A stretch of DNA of 55,802 nt from a virus. Below are positions 32,899 through 40,478 of this stretch, piece by piece; within the stretch, counting starts at the first letter, position 1; every line of letters starts with the position of its first letter. The stretch lies in IMG/VR virus record IMGVR_UViG_3300038393_001290, positions 1-55,802 of that record. One strand, 5' to 3'. Position numbers and translations under genes: made by a program. The notes beneath the pieces are model-generated. The model worked only from the letters and a program-made list of their open reading frames with translations. It had not been told where the DNA came from and did not search any database.

Positions 32899-33291
32899 AT
32901 GCTCAAGGCTCTGATCGCGCCCTATCTGCCTTGGGTTTATGGCGGCCTCGCGGCGCTGTTCCTGGCGGGCCAGCTCGCCTTCGGAGCCTGGCAGTTCCAC
33001 CGGGGAGCAGAGAGCGTGAGGGCGAAGGATCGGGAAGCCCTTGAAGCCGCATCATCCCGCCAAGCCAAAGCTGTCTCAGAAGCCGATCAACAGCGCCCGA
33101 AAGATCAGGCCACGACCGCCAAGCTAAAGGACCAGCTCACCCATGCAGCCGACGCTCTCCCGGATAGCAACCCTTCTGCTGTGCGCGTCGCTCCTTATTG
33201 TCAGCGGCTGTGCAACCAGGGCAGTTCCATCGCAGCAGTTCCCGCCTGCGCAGGATTTAGCTGTTCAGCCGCGACCCGTCCTCGATCCTGA
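32899..33291 (+). CDS. Rz: Inner-membrane spanin subunit (Rz-like)
   Basis: N-terminal transmembrane segment (YLPWVYGGLAALFLAGQLAF) followed by a charged helical region; contains the o-spanin start in another frame. Confidence 0.65.
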   Translation: MLKALIAPYLPWVYGGLAALFLAGQLAFGAWQFHRGAESVRAKDREALEAASSRQAKAVSEADQQRPKDQATTAKLKDQLTHAADALPDSNPSAVRVAPYCQRLCNQGSSIAAVPACAGFSCSAATRPRS

Positions 33292-33433
33292 CGCCCTGAA
33301 CTCCGACAAGGCGCTGAACGCCTATGACGCCGAGATTGAGGCGTGGGGCTCGGCCGGCTGGCTTCAGGTGGCGCGGGTGTGTCGGTGGGCTCAGGCGAAC
33401 GGTGCGAAGGGGCTTAGTTGTCCGAGGGAGTAG
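33143..33433 (+). CDS. Rz1: Outer-membrane lipoprotein spanin subunit (Rz1-like), overlapped architecture
   Basis: Lipobox LLIVSGC; P-rich mature part; starts inside the i-spanin gene. Confidence 0.65.
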   Translation: MQPTLSRIATLLLCASLLIVSGCATRAVPSQQFPPAQDLAVQPRPVLDPDALNSDKALNAYDAEIEAWGSAGWLQVARVCRWAQANGAKGLSCPRE

Positions 33434-33653
33434 GGGGCTCGGGAAGCGGCATCCAGTGGGTGGGGCAACTCACCTGACCGTCGAAGTAGTCGGTCGGGTC
33501 GGTGTTCATTTCCCACCAGCCGCGGTTTTCCTCGAAATAGCGCGCCTCGCCCACCCAGCGGCCTTCGGCGACGGCCAGAAGCACCGGGGTCCCGTCTAGC
33601 GGCGCGCTCTCAATCGGTCTCCACTCTGACGGCTTAGCCAGTGCTTCGCTCAT
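33414..33653 (-). CDS. DUF551 domain protein
   Basis: WRPIESAPLDGTPVLL...PTHWMPLPEPP is the DUF551 pattern. Confidence 0.7.
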   Translation of the reverse strand: MSEALAKPSEWRPIESAPLDGTPVLLAVAEGRWVGEARYFEENRGWWEMNTDPTDYFDGQVSCPTHWMPLPEPPTPSDN

Positions 33654-33829
33654 TGGTCGGGTCCGCCCAGGTGATCATCGCCGTCATAGGCCAGCGCTGC
33701 CGCTCTTTGCTCAGGGGTGAGTGTGGCGAGAAAGCCGGTCATCAAGGATTGTTGGTAGGGCGTAACCCAGCCCAGCGACAGGGTATTGTCCCGCAGGTAT
33801 TGCCCGAACTCCGGTAGCAGCATGCTCAT
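33650..33829 (-). CDS. Hypothetical 59-aa protein
   Basis: ATG 33829; stop overlaps the DUF551 start (ATGA); below the ORF-track size cut-off. Confidence 0.45.
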   Translation of the reverse strand: MSMLLPEFGQYLRDNTLSLGWVTPYQQSLMTGFLATLTPEQRAAALAYDGDDHLGGPDQ

Positions 33830-33855
33830 GGGTGTTTGTCCTGGTGGGGAGGGGG

Positions 33856-34104
33856 TTACTTCAGTGCCAAGATCGCCGCTTCGGCGGCGGCGTCCTTGGA
33901 GCCGTACTCGATGCGTTTCTCGTCCAGCTTCACACGCGCAGCCTCGGACAGCCAGAGCGTGACCTTCTTCAGGCCCTCAGCCTCTCGCTTGGCGTGATAG
34001 GCGGCCGAAGCCCGGCGGCGAGACTCGGTGTTCATGTGTGCTGGCATATCACGCTTAAGCGCGTCGTAATCCAACTCGTGGGGCGCATCGTGAAGCCGGG
34101 TCAC
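33856..34104 (-). CDS. Hypothetical 82-aa protein (GTG start)
   Basis: GTGA overlap with the upstream stop; basic helical protein. Confidence 0.5.
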   Translation of the reverse strand: MTRLHDAPHELDYDALKRDMPAHMNTESRRRASAAYHAKREAEGLKKVTLWLSEAARVKLDEKRIEYGSKDAAAEAAILALK

Positions 34105-34376
34105 TGGTCGCCCTCCCACAGGGTCCGTCGGTCAGTGATGACTTGTTTCGGAATGCAGAGAACGCCATCAACCTTCCGGCTTCCAGCCTCGTCCGCCACC
34201 GTTACGTGCGGCGCCAGGATGATGTGGCTTTCACACTCGCGGATCAGCCACCCGACCGAAATGCAGCGGCTTGGCTGCCAATTGTCAAAGACGGACGGCT
34301 CATGCCAGCCGTGAGCACCACAGCTATCCCGCCACTCGACGCGGACTAGGGGTTCAGTCGGGTTCTCGTTGCTCAT
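34101..34376 (-). CDS. Hypothetical 91-aa protein
   Basis: Coupled at both ends; W/C-containing (VEWRDSCGAHGWHEPSVFDNW). Confidence 0.55.
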   Translation of the reverse strand: MSNENPTEPLVRVEWRDSCGAHGWHEPSVFDNWQPSRCISVGWLIRECESHIILAPHVTVADEAGSRKVDGVLCIPKQVITDRRTLWEGDQ

Positions 34377-34552
34377 CAGGCGGCTTCCTTGCAGCGGACT
34401 AGCTCCGCGAGCTCGGTGAGTGTGTTGCGGTACTGGTTTTCGGGGGCAGACCAGTCGCCTCCCGCGCGGCGCCGGACAATGACCGCGCAGTTATGGGCGA
34501 TGATCTCCTCGGCCAACGCACGGTGATCCCAAACGAGTTCGGGGAGGGTCAA
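34376..34552 (-). CDS. Hypothetical 58-aa protein (TTG start)
   Basis: TTGA overlap with the upstream stop; below the ORF-track size cut-off. Confidence 0.4.
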   Translation of the reverse strand: MTLPELVWDHRALAEEIIAHNCAVIVRRRAGGDWSAPENQYRNTLTELAELVRCKEAA

Positions 34553-34749
34553 CGGACCCTCGCCTCGCGATAGGCGCCCACGGAGCAGTGATGTGTGACC
34601 GAGGCGGAGATCGAACCGGCCCAGTAGGCGGCGAAGCTGTCGGTGGCTTTCGCCATATTGGCCACTTGGTTGTCGACGGCGACGAGGGCGAGAACGTCCA
34701 GGTCGATCAGCTCGGCAGCGTCCGCGGCGGGTTGGGCGAAGGCGTTCAT
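34549..34749 (-). CDS. Hypothetical 66-aa protein, first gene of the accessory operon
   Basis: GAGGA SD; downstream of an AT-rich promoter region. Confidence 0.5.
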   Translation of the reverse strand: MNAFAQPAADAAELIDLDVLALVAVDNQVANMAKATDSFAAYWAGSISASVTHHCSVGAYREARVR

Positions 34750-34788
34750 CTCTGTTCGTCCTCTTCAGGAGGGGCGCTGCCGCCCTGT

Positions 34789-34840
34789 TGATTTATATAT
34801 GCCAGCATATTTTCGGATGTGCAAGCACATATTTTCGAAC
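34789..34840. promoter_or_regulatory. AT-rich divergent regulatory region with palindrome and direct repeats
   Basis: ATGTGCAAGCACAT (34817-30). 10-bp direct repeat CATATTTTCG at 34806-15 and 34828-37. Minus strand reads TTGCAC-17/19-CATATA/TATATA. Confidence 0.5.
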
Positions 34841-34916
34841 ACCGTTCCCGGCAAGCAAAAAGCCCTTGAGATTCAGCGTGATTCTGCTAATGTTCTCGGG
34901 CATTTCGGAGGCGCAC

Positions 34917-35045
34917 ATGCGCGAAGGCTGGAACGATCTGGAACAAGAGTTCGGCGGCATCACCCGCGAGGGTTGGGGCGGCGTCGATCTGACCCGCGCC
35001 GAGCAACAGCCCGGCGGCTGCGGAGACGGCGGCAGCGAGTTCTAG
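34917..35045 (+). CDS. Hypothetical 42-aa G/E-rich protein
   Basis: GGAGG SD, GC-rich third positions; very short, no recognised domain. Confidence 0.35.
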   Translation: MREGWNDLEQEFGGITREGWGGVDLTRAEQQPGGCGDGGSEF

Positions 35046-35061
35046 GCGCGCCTCGCCACGC

Positions 35062-35316
35062 CTAGCTATTCGGCGACAACCGCCGCCGCTTGGCTTCAAA
35101 CGCCCGCCGCTCCTTCTCGAGCTGCGCCAGGTGCTTCTTCACGATCTGCCGAAGCACGACCTCTGCTCTCTTCTCCGGCCGCTCGTTCGGCTTGAGAGAC
35201 ACATGCTCGACATGCTCTCCCCAAGAGACGCAGAGACGTGAGCCCTGTTTGAGCTTCCAGACGCCATTAACTCGCCTGCCTTCAACGTCGATCTGGAACG
35301 GATGGAAGTCGGCCAT
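35062..35316 (-). CDS. Hypothetical 84-aa protein
   Basis: Plausible globular plus basic helical tail; no recognised domain. Confidence 0.5.
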   Translation of the reverse strand: MADFHPFQIDVEGRRVNGVWKLKQGSRLCVSWGEHVEHVSLKPNERPEKRAEVVLRQIVKKHLAQLEKERRAFEAKRRRLSPNS

Positions 35317-35359
35317 CCCCTGAGAGATGGGGAGCGGGACCGCAGGACAAGCGCGGCTG

Positions 35360-35575
35360 TCAGGGCCGGATCGGGCCGACCGTATCGTGCTGGGCTCCGA
35401 AGACGTGGCGCCGGCCGGTCAGCTGCTCGGCGGTCTCGTCCAGGCTCTGCAAGGCGACCATGACTGCCAGGTAGTCGCGGCCGAAGGGACGTAGCTGGGT
35501 CTGCATCCGCCTGAGCGCCTTAGCCATGGGCTTCAGGGCGTCCATTTCGGCGTTCCAGTCGGGCTTGAGCTTCAT
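35360..35575 (-). CDS. Hypothetical 71-aa protein
   Basis: Internal ATG 35575 (MKLKPDW...) preferred over ORF start 35611. Confidence 0.45.
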   Translation of the reverse strand: MKLKPDWNAEMDALKPMAKALRRMQTQLRPFGRDYLAVMVALQSLDETAEQLTGRRHVFGAQHDTVGPIRP

Positions 35576-35629
35576 GGGAACATGAAGGGAACATCGGGGC
35601 GGGAGAGTCAACGGGAAAAGGCGCGAAGT

Positions 35630-35831
35630 CCCTTTACACAGACCCCGCTAAGTCATTGATTTTTCGTGGGCGTCCTGGCCGTCGCTTTACATCCAGGTCG
35701 TTGATTTTGCATCAGAACTACCCGTTTACAAAACCGCTGCTCTACCAGCTGAGCTAATCCGGCGCGTTGATTTTACTAGCGTTTTCACACACCGCCGTTA
35801 GGCGCTTTACACTTTGATGAGGCCCTTTACA
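35630..35831. other. Candidate attP region
   Basis: Adjacent to int. Contains five (C/G)TTTACA copies (35632, 35685, 35724, 35805, 35825), three TTGATTTT copies (35656, 35701, 35767) and a tRNA-like 5' half. Confidence 0.6.
35724..35763 (-). tRNA. 5' half of a tRNA-Thr(UGU)-like sequence (positions 1-40 only; not a functional gene)
   Basis: GCCGGAT-TA-GCTC-AGCTGGTA-GAGC-A-GCGGT-TTTGTAA-AC gives acceptor, D-arm and anticodon stem/loop. The 3' anticodon-stem strand and the T-arm are absent. Confidence 0.55.
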
Positions 35832-36915
35832 AAACGGCCCCTGATTTGTTCTTCCCTAGCCGCTTCAGCATCCCCGCCGCAACCGCTTCTGCGGTGACGT
35901 AGCGGGCGGCGATGGCGTCGACGCGCTGCGGCGTCCAGCCCATGATCCGGGCGACGTCCGCCAAGGGAAGATGCCGCGCGAAATGGGTCGCGGCGGTGCC
36001 TCTGAGGTCATGGAACCGGAGGCCCTTAATCCCGCGATCGACCTTTGCCCGCTGCATGGCGGTCTGAAGCCCCCAGCCTGTCCACGGCTTGCCGCCGGAG
36101 TGGGTCAGGACCGCGCCCACGTCCTTGCGACCAATCTGCTTCAGGATGGCGCGGGTCTTTGGCGTGATCGGGATGACCACCACGCGCTTACCCTTGCTCT
36201 TCGCCGTGGCGAGCGTGATGGCGTCCTGGCCCACGTCGGCCCAGCTCAGGCGCACAAGATCCCCCAGGCGCAGGCCGGTGAAGGCGGCTAGCAGCACGGC
36301 CCGGCGGAACTCCGGCTTGACCCCCTTGAGCAGCTTGATCAGATCCGGCTTCGTCCAGATGGCCTCTGCGCGATTGACGCTGTAGAGGCGCGGCCACTTC
36401 TCCAGAGGATTGGTGGCCAGGTCGCCGCGCTTCTTCGCCCAGCTCAGCACCAAGGCGAGGGCGCCCAAGTAGGCGTCGGCGGTCTTCGGGGTGCTCTTGT
36501 AGCGGTCGCGCCAGTCCAGCAGGGCTTTCCGGGCGCCATCCGATTTCAATGCCTCGAGGGCCATCACGCCGATGTCGTTGCGCACGACGGATAGGTGTCG
36601 CTTCAGGTCGGCGCGTGTGCGGGGCGCCAGCTTCTTGAACTCGGCGCTCTCCTCGTATTTGACGCATAAGCCCGAAAGGAACTCGTCGGCTCGCTGCGGA
36701 GCAACCGCCTTCCGGTAAGCCGCTGCGGCCTCGCTGAAGCGCTCCTGAGCCAGCCGTTCAAGATCGGCGTCGGAGCGGCCCCTCAGCGTCAGGATGCGGG
36801 GACCGCCGCGCCAGGCGTACCAGTACTCCGCCGGGCCGCCGGCGAGCTTCACGCGGACCTTATGGACGCCGGGCAGCATCTTGCGTGTCGGCAAGGAATT
36901 GGGCGAGCGCGGCAT
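35827..36915 (-). CDS. int: Tyrosine integrase
   Basis: MPRSPNSLPTRK...GGPAEYWYAWRGGPR N-terminus; catalytic region FHDLRGTAATH...ARY; ATG 36879 is an alternative start. Confidence 0.85.
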   Translation of the reverse strand: MPRSPNSLPTRKMLPGVHKVRVKLAGGPAEYWYAWRGGPRILTLRGRSDADLERLAQERFSEAAAAYRKAVAPQRADEFLSGLCVKYEESAEFKKLAPRTRADLKRHLSVVRNDIGVMALEALKSDGARKALLDWRDRYKSTPKTADAYLGALALVLSWAKKRGDLATNPLEKWPRLYSVNRAEAIWTKPDLIKLLKGVKPEFRRAVLLAAFTGLRLGDLVRLSWADVGQDAITLATAKSKGKRVVVIPITPKTRAILKQIGRKDVGAVLTHSGGKPWTGWGLQTAMQRAKVDRGIKGLRFHDLRGTAATHFARHLPLADVARIMGWTPQRVDAIAARYVTAEAVAAGMLKRLGKNKSGAVL

Positions 36916-37111
36916 CAGGCCCCGAGAGGTTGGAGTTCGCCACTGTAAGCTTTGCGCCGCGCAAACCGTCAAGGTAGTCGTCCAGGGCCTTGCGGTCCCA
37001 CCTGACCCGCCCATCGAGCACGACGCGGCCAGCCTGGACCCGCTTCATCGCCGCGAGCGGCAATGACAGGTAGGCGGCGGCGGCGCGCTCGGTGAGCAGG
37101 CGGGGCGTCAT
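36860..37111 (-). CDS. xis: Excisionase / AlpA-type HTH protein
   Basis: LLTERAAAAYLSLPLAAMKR...RVRWDRKALDDYLD; immediately upstream of and overlapping int. Confidence 0.65.
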   Translation of the reverse strand: MTPRLLTERAAAAYLSLPLAAMKRVQAGRVVLDGRVRWDRKALDDYLDGLRGAKLTVANSNLSGPDAALAQFLADTQDAARRP

Positions 37112-37112
37112 C

Positions 37113-37343
37113 TCACCACCCGCTCCTGCGCCTCTTCCAGGGGAGCGTTTTGTTGTTCAGCCGGTGGAAGAGTCCTGCACTCGGCCTTGCCTCGGACTGC
37201 GGACGCCGAGCTTCACTGGACAAGCAGCCGCCCGGCCAGTGGCAAGCATCCAGAGAGCCCGACAATCTGTAGGGGCAGTTGGCGAACCTGTCGTTAGGTG
37301 TGCAGAACATGGCCGGTGGAAGAGACGAGTGGTTGCCTGACAT
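37113..37343 (-). CDS. Hypothetical 76-aa Cys/Trp-containing protein
   Basis: 1-nt gaps to both neighbouring genes argue for a real operon member; composition is unusual. Confidence 0.35.
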   Translation of the reverse strand: MSGNHSSLPPAMFCTPNDRFANCPYRLSGSLDACHWPGGCLSSEARRPQSEARPSAGLFHRLNNKTLPWKRRRSGW

Positions 37344-37344
37344 T

Positions 37345-37491
37345 TCAGTACCCCTTGCGAGCCCTCAGGTGGACCGGATGGGATCGGCGGTAGGCGGCTG
37401 AGTAGCCGGGGTGGCAGACGGTTTGGCTGAGCGTGGCCTGGGTGACGTCGGTGTTCAGCATTAGGGCTGCGGCGAGGGTTAGGGCGATCAT
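37345..37491 (-). CDS. 48-aa protein with signal-peptide-like N-terminus
   Basis: MIALTLAAALMLNTDVTQA...; ATGA overlap with the upstream stop. Confidence 0.4.
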   Translation of the reverse strand: MIALTLAAALMLNTDVTQATLSQTVCHPGYSAAYRRSHPVHLRARKGY

Positions 37492-37880
37492 GCGGGCTCA
37501 GCCTCGGTTTGAGCGATTAGGGCTCGGAGGAGAGCGGCGAGGAGAGCTAGGGCGGGGGTCTTCGCCGACGCGACGCGCCAATGCCCCCGTTCCGGCATGT
37601 ACCAGCGGACCTCGAAGTGACCGAGCTGCCGGAAGCAGATGTCGAAATCGGGCTCCGGCATCGCGAGCCGCTCCACAAGCGCCAGGGCGGCGTCGAGGGA
37701 GGCGGTGACGTCCGCCTTCACCCACCCGCTGAACCATGGTTGAAGTGGGTCGGCGGTGCGCCACCACGCGCCGCGATGCCAATCGAGACCAAGGACGTTG
37801 ATGAGGTCTCGGTCGATCGCACGATCCGGCCCCTCTGCCTTCTCTACCCGAGCAAGCAGTTCCTGAAGCTCAGCGGTCAT
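37488..37880 (-). CDS. Hypothetical 130-aa protein
   Basis: ATG 37880 overlaps the upstream stop (ATGA); W-rich globular sequence. Confidence 0.6.
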   Translation of the reverse strand: MTAELQELLARVEKAEGPDRAIDRDLINVLGLDWHRGAWWRTADPLQPWFSGWVKADVTASLDAALALVERLAMPEPDFDICFRQLGHFEVRWYMPERGHWRVASAKTPALALLAALLRALIAQTEAEPA

Positions 37881-38686
37881 GCCTCGTGCTCCGGCAAGCG
37901 GCAGCCCTCGGCGCAGTCCTTGCAGAGGTCGATGCCGTTCACGTCGGTGACGACGGCTTGCTCGCCGCATCCCTCGCACTCGACGCCGTCGTAGAGCTCA
38001 AGCTCTTGCAGGCTCGGAAGGTCAGCGGTCATCGCCCAGAGGGCGGCGTAAGCTTCGGCGGCGCGGCGGAAGTCGCTGTCGAGCGGGTACATGCCCGCCG
38101 GGAGAGCTGATCCCATGCGCTGCGATCTTGCCCATGCGTGAGCGAACGGCTTCACCGCCTCCACCAGCGCCTTACGCTGTTCCTCGGCTGCTTGTAGAGA
38201 TAGCAATCGCTCGGCGGCTGTCTTGCCTTGGGCGTTGGCGATCTCCCACGCCTCCTTCAGCTGTTCCTCGGAGGCACGGAGTTCGGCGGCTTGGGCGCGG
38301 GCGAGAACCTCGGCGCCTACCTCGTCGGTGTTGGCGAGCGCGATTTTCAGGTCATCCCGCTCCTTCTCGGCCTTGAGGCGGGCTGCTTCGGAGGCTTGGA
38401 GGGCGCTCTGCGCTCGATCATCCCGCAGGAGCGGCGCGTACAGCCAGGGTGACAGGCTGTAGATGCTGACGCCGCAAGCATCGGCGATTTCGCCTAGGTC
38501 TTTGCCGTCCCGGTAGAACATGAGCCAGGGCCGCGCTTGGCGGAGCTGTTGGAGGAGGGAGAGGACGACGGCTGGCGTGAAGGTGTCCAGAAAGCGCGAC
38601 CGGGCGGCGGATGTAGAGAAGGCGCTGAATGGCTTCGCCGCCTCCGCCACGCGCTCCAGCTCGTCTAGTTCTGCGATCTCTGTCAT
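37877..38686 (-). CDS. Hypothetical 269-aa coiled-coil protein with C-terminal Cys cluster
   Basis: Long A/E/Q heptad-like region; CEGCGEQAVV...CKDCAEGC at the C-terminus. Confidence 0.65.
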   Translation of the reverse strand: MTEIAELDELERVAEAAKPFSAFSTSAARSRFLDTFTPAVVLSLLQQLRQARPWLMFYRDGKDLGEIADACGVSIYSLSPWLYAPLLRDDRAQSALQASEAARLKAEKERDDLKIALANTDEVGAEVLARAQAAELRASEEQLKEAWEIANAQGKTAAERLLSLQAAEEQRKALVEAVKPFAHAWARSQRMGSALPAGMYPLDSDFRRAAEAYAALWAMTADLPSLQELELYDGVECEGCGEQAVVTDVNGIDLCKDCAEGCRLPEHEA

Positions 38687-38985
38687 AGGGTCCCTCCGCG
38701 GCGAGCCTCAAATCGACGCGCCTCGGCCACCATGCCGTTGACGATGCGCTCTGCGATCTGTCGCGCCTCTTTCGGGGCGCGAGGGAAGCTAGCTATGCGG
38801 GCGTAGTCCGCCACCGAGCGGACGCGCGGATGAGCGATGATCCAGTAGCCGGCTCTGTTGAGGCGGTTCGTGACGCGACATTCGCGACGACTGCTCATCT
38901 GCCGCAGCAGTCGTTTGGTGCGCGGCTTGAGTTCCCGCGCCACGCGCTCCAGAGCTTCCACGTCTACCTCTATGGTCTCACTCAT
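38683..38985 (-). CDS. Hypothetical 100-aa basic protein
   Basis: Internal ATG 38985 (MSETIEV...) of a longer spurious ORF; stop overlaps the next start. Confidence 0.5.
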   Translation of the reverse strand: MSETIEVDVEALERVARELKPRTKRLLRQMSSRRECRVTNRLNRAGYWIIAHPRVRSVADYARIASFPRAPKEARQIAERIVNGMVAEARRFEARRGGTL

Positions 38986-39067
38986 GCCGGCTTCCTTGCA
39001 GGGAACGGCCGACCTTGAAGCCTTTGAGAGCCACGAGGCGGCCAGGTTGGTTTCGGGCGCTTGGACT

Positions 39068-39535
39068 TCATTCCGCGGCCTCGTATCGCCGCTCGAGCTC
39101 GGCGCAGGCGTCCGGCGGAAAGATCCCGTGGGCGGCCCACCAGGACCGTTCGCGGGCGTTGTGCTGCGCCTTCGGGCCTTCGCGGTGATGCTCGCGGCAC
39201 AGCGGCAGGGTCCGCCGGTCGTTCGGCTTCTCCTGCATCCCCGTGGGCCGCCATCCCGCTTCGGGGTAGCCGGCGCGGACGTGGGCCGCTTCAACCGCTC
39301 GGGTGGTGCTGCAGATCATGCAGGGCTGTCGGCGGATGAAGGCGAGATAGGGCTTGTCGTGCTCGCGCGGCTGGCGCTTGTTGGTGGCGGTGGAGAGCTT
39401 CAGCGCCTCGCGCTTGGCCTTCTGCTCCGCGCGGCGCTTCTTGCGCTGCTCGGGCGTCTCAGCCGCGATCGCGGCGATCTCACGCCGCAGCTCGGCCAGC
39501 CGGTCGCGGTCTGTGCGGCTGCGGGTCAAGGTCAC
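39068..39535 (-). CDS. Ref-like / DUF968 HNH-type recombination-enhancement nuclease
   Basis: YLAFIRRQPCMIC...AAHVR...KPNDRRTLPLCREHH...H...WW. Confidence 0.7.
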   Translation of the reverse strand: MTLTRSRTDRDRLAELRREIAAIAAETPEQRKKRRAEQKAKREALKLSTATNKRQPREHDKPYLAFIRRQPCMICSTTRAVEAAHVRAGYPEAGWRPTGMQEKPNDRRTLPLCREHHREGPKAQHNARERSWWAAHGIFPPDACAELERRYEAAE

Positions 39536-39978
39536 GCGGCCTCTCCCAGCATGGCGCGCGCCTCGCGCTCCAGGGCCTCCGAGTTGAGGCCGGGGATCAG
39601 GTGCTCAGTGATGAGCCGCTTCACCCGGTCGAAGTAGGCGGTGAACTCGGCGTGCTCCATCTTGTCGAAGGCGACTGACTTGGCGACGAAGGTCACTTCA
39701 CCGTTGCGCTGGCGAACCGGCGTCACGAGGCCGAGCTTGACTTTCATCCACTCGTGCAAGTCGTCGGGCGAGATGTCCTGATCCAGGTTCTCGCAAACGA
39801 TCTGCAGAAGGCCCCGATAAAGCCGGTTCTGTCGGCTGGAGCGGCGCGGCCGACGCACCGTGATCGCCAGCGCCTTTCCCGCCGGCAGTTCACGGATTGC
39901 TTCGCCGTCGAGCGGGGCTTCCGGGATGAGGAAGTCGCCGCGCCGCTGAACCATGATCGGGGGGCGCTCGTCGGTCAT
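39532..39978 (-). CDS. NinB/Orf-like (DUF1367-like) recombination mediator
   Basis: RRSSRQNRLYRGLLQIVCEN and KSVAFDKMEHAEFTAYFDRV parallel lambda NinB RSLDQNRKLW... and STSRMRVGEFAELLE. Confidence 0.5.
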   Translation of the reverse strand: MTDERPPIMVQRRGDFLIPEAPLDGEAIRELPAGKALAITVRRPRRSSRQNRLYRGLLQIVCENLDQDISPDDLHEWMKVKLGLVTPVRQRNGEVTFVAKSVAFDKMEHAEFTAYFDRVKRLITEHLIPGLNSEALEREARAMLGEAA

Positions 39979-40478
39979 TTGCGGATCTGCAGAACCGGCG
40001 TGGCGTTGGACAGCTCGCAGCCCGGCACGGTCTCGCCGTGCTCGAGCGCGCTCTTGATCGCCGCGCGGTCGGGCTCGCGCTTGATGCGGACGAACCGATC
40101 CGGAAGCGACGCCACGTCCGGCTCGCCGACCAGCTTGCGAGAGCCGGCCTTCACCGAAACCGTGCCTTCGGTGAGCACGAGGGACTTCTCGCCGATGTCG
40201 CCCATGAACTGCATCAGGGCGGAGCGGGCGCGAGCCGCGCGATCGGAGAAGTCCTTGGCGCGGGCGGCGTAGCGGTTGGCGAGCCCCTTGGCGGCTTCCT
40301 CCATGGCCTCCATCGCGGCGACCAGCCGGACCACGGACGAGGCGGCACGGATGGCGTCGGTCTCCCCGTCCAGGGTGTCGGCGAAGGCGATGTCGTCATC
40401 CCCGCACAGTTCGCGGATTTGGGCGGCGAGGGACGCGATCTCACGCCCCTGCTGGCGGAGTTGGGCGACGGCGCTCAA
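39975..40478 (-). CDS. Gp157-like protein (TTG start)
   Basis: Coiled-coil N-terminal half and conserved C-terminal half typical of Sipho_Gp157; TTGA overlap with the Sak4-like gene. Confidence 0.55.
   Translation of the reverse strand: MSAVAQLRQQGREIASLAAQIRELCGDDDIAFADTLDGETDAIRAASSVVRLVAAMEAMEEAAKGLANRYAARAKDFSDRAARARSALMQFMGDIGEKSLVLTEGTVSVKAGSRKLVGEPDVASLPDRFVRIKREPDRAAIKSALEHGETVPGCELSNATPVLQIRK

Noticed and set aside
35700-35770. Complete tRNA gene
   Set aside because: Only positions 1-40 of a tRNA are present. There is no 3' anticodon-stem strand, T-arm or acceptor 3' strand, so it is an att-site fragment rather than a gene.
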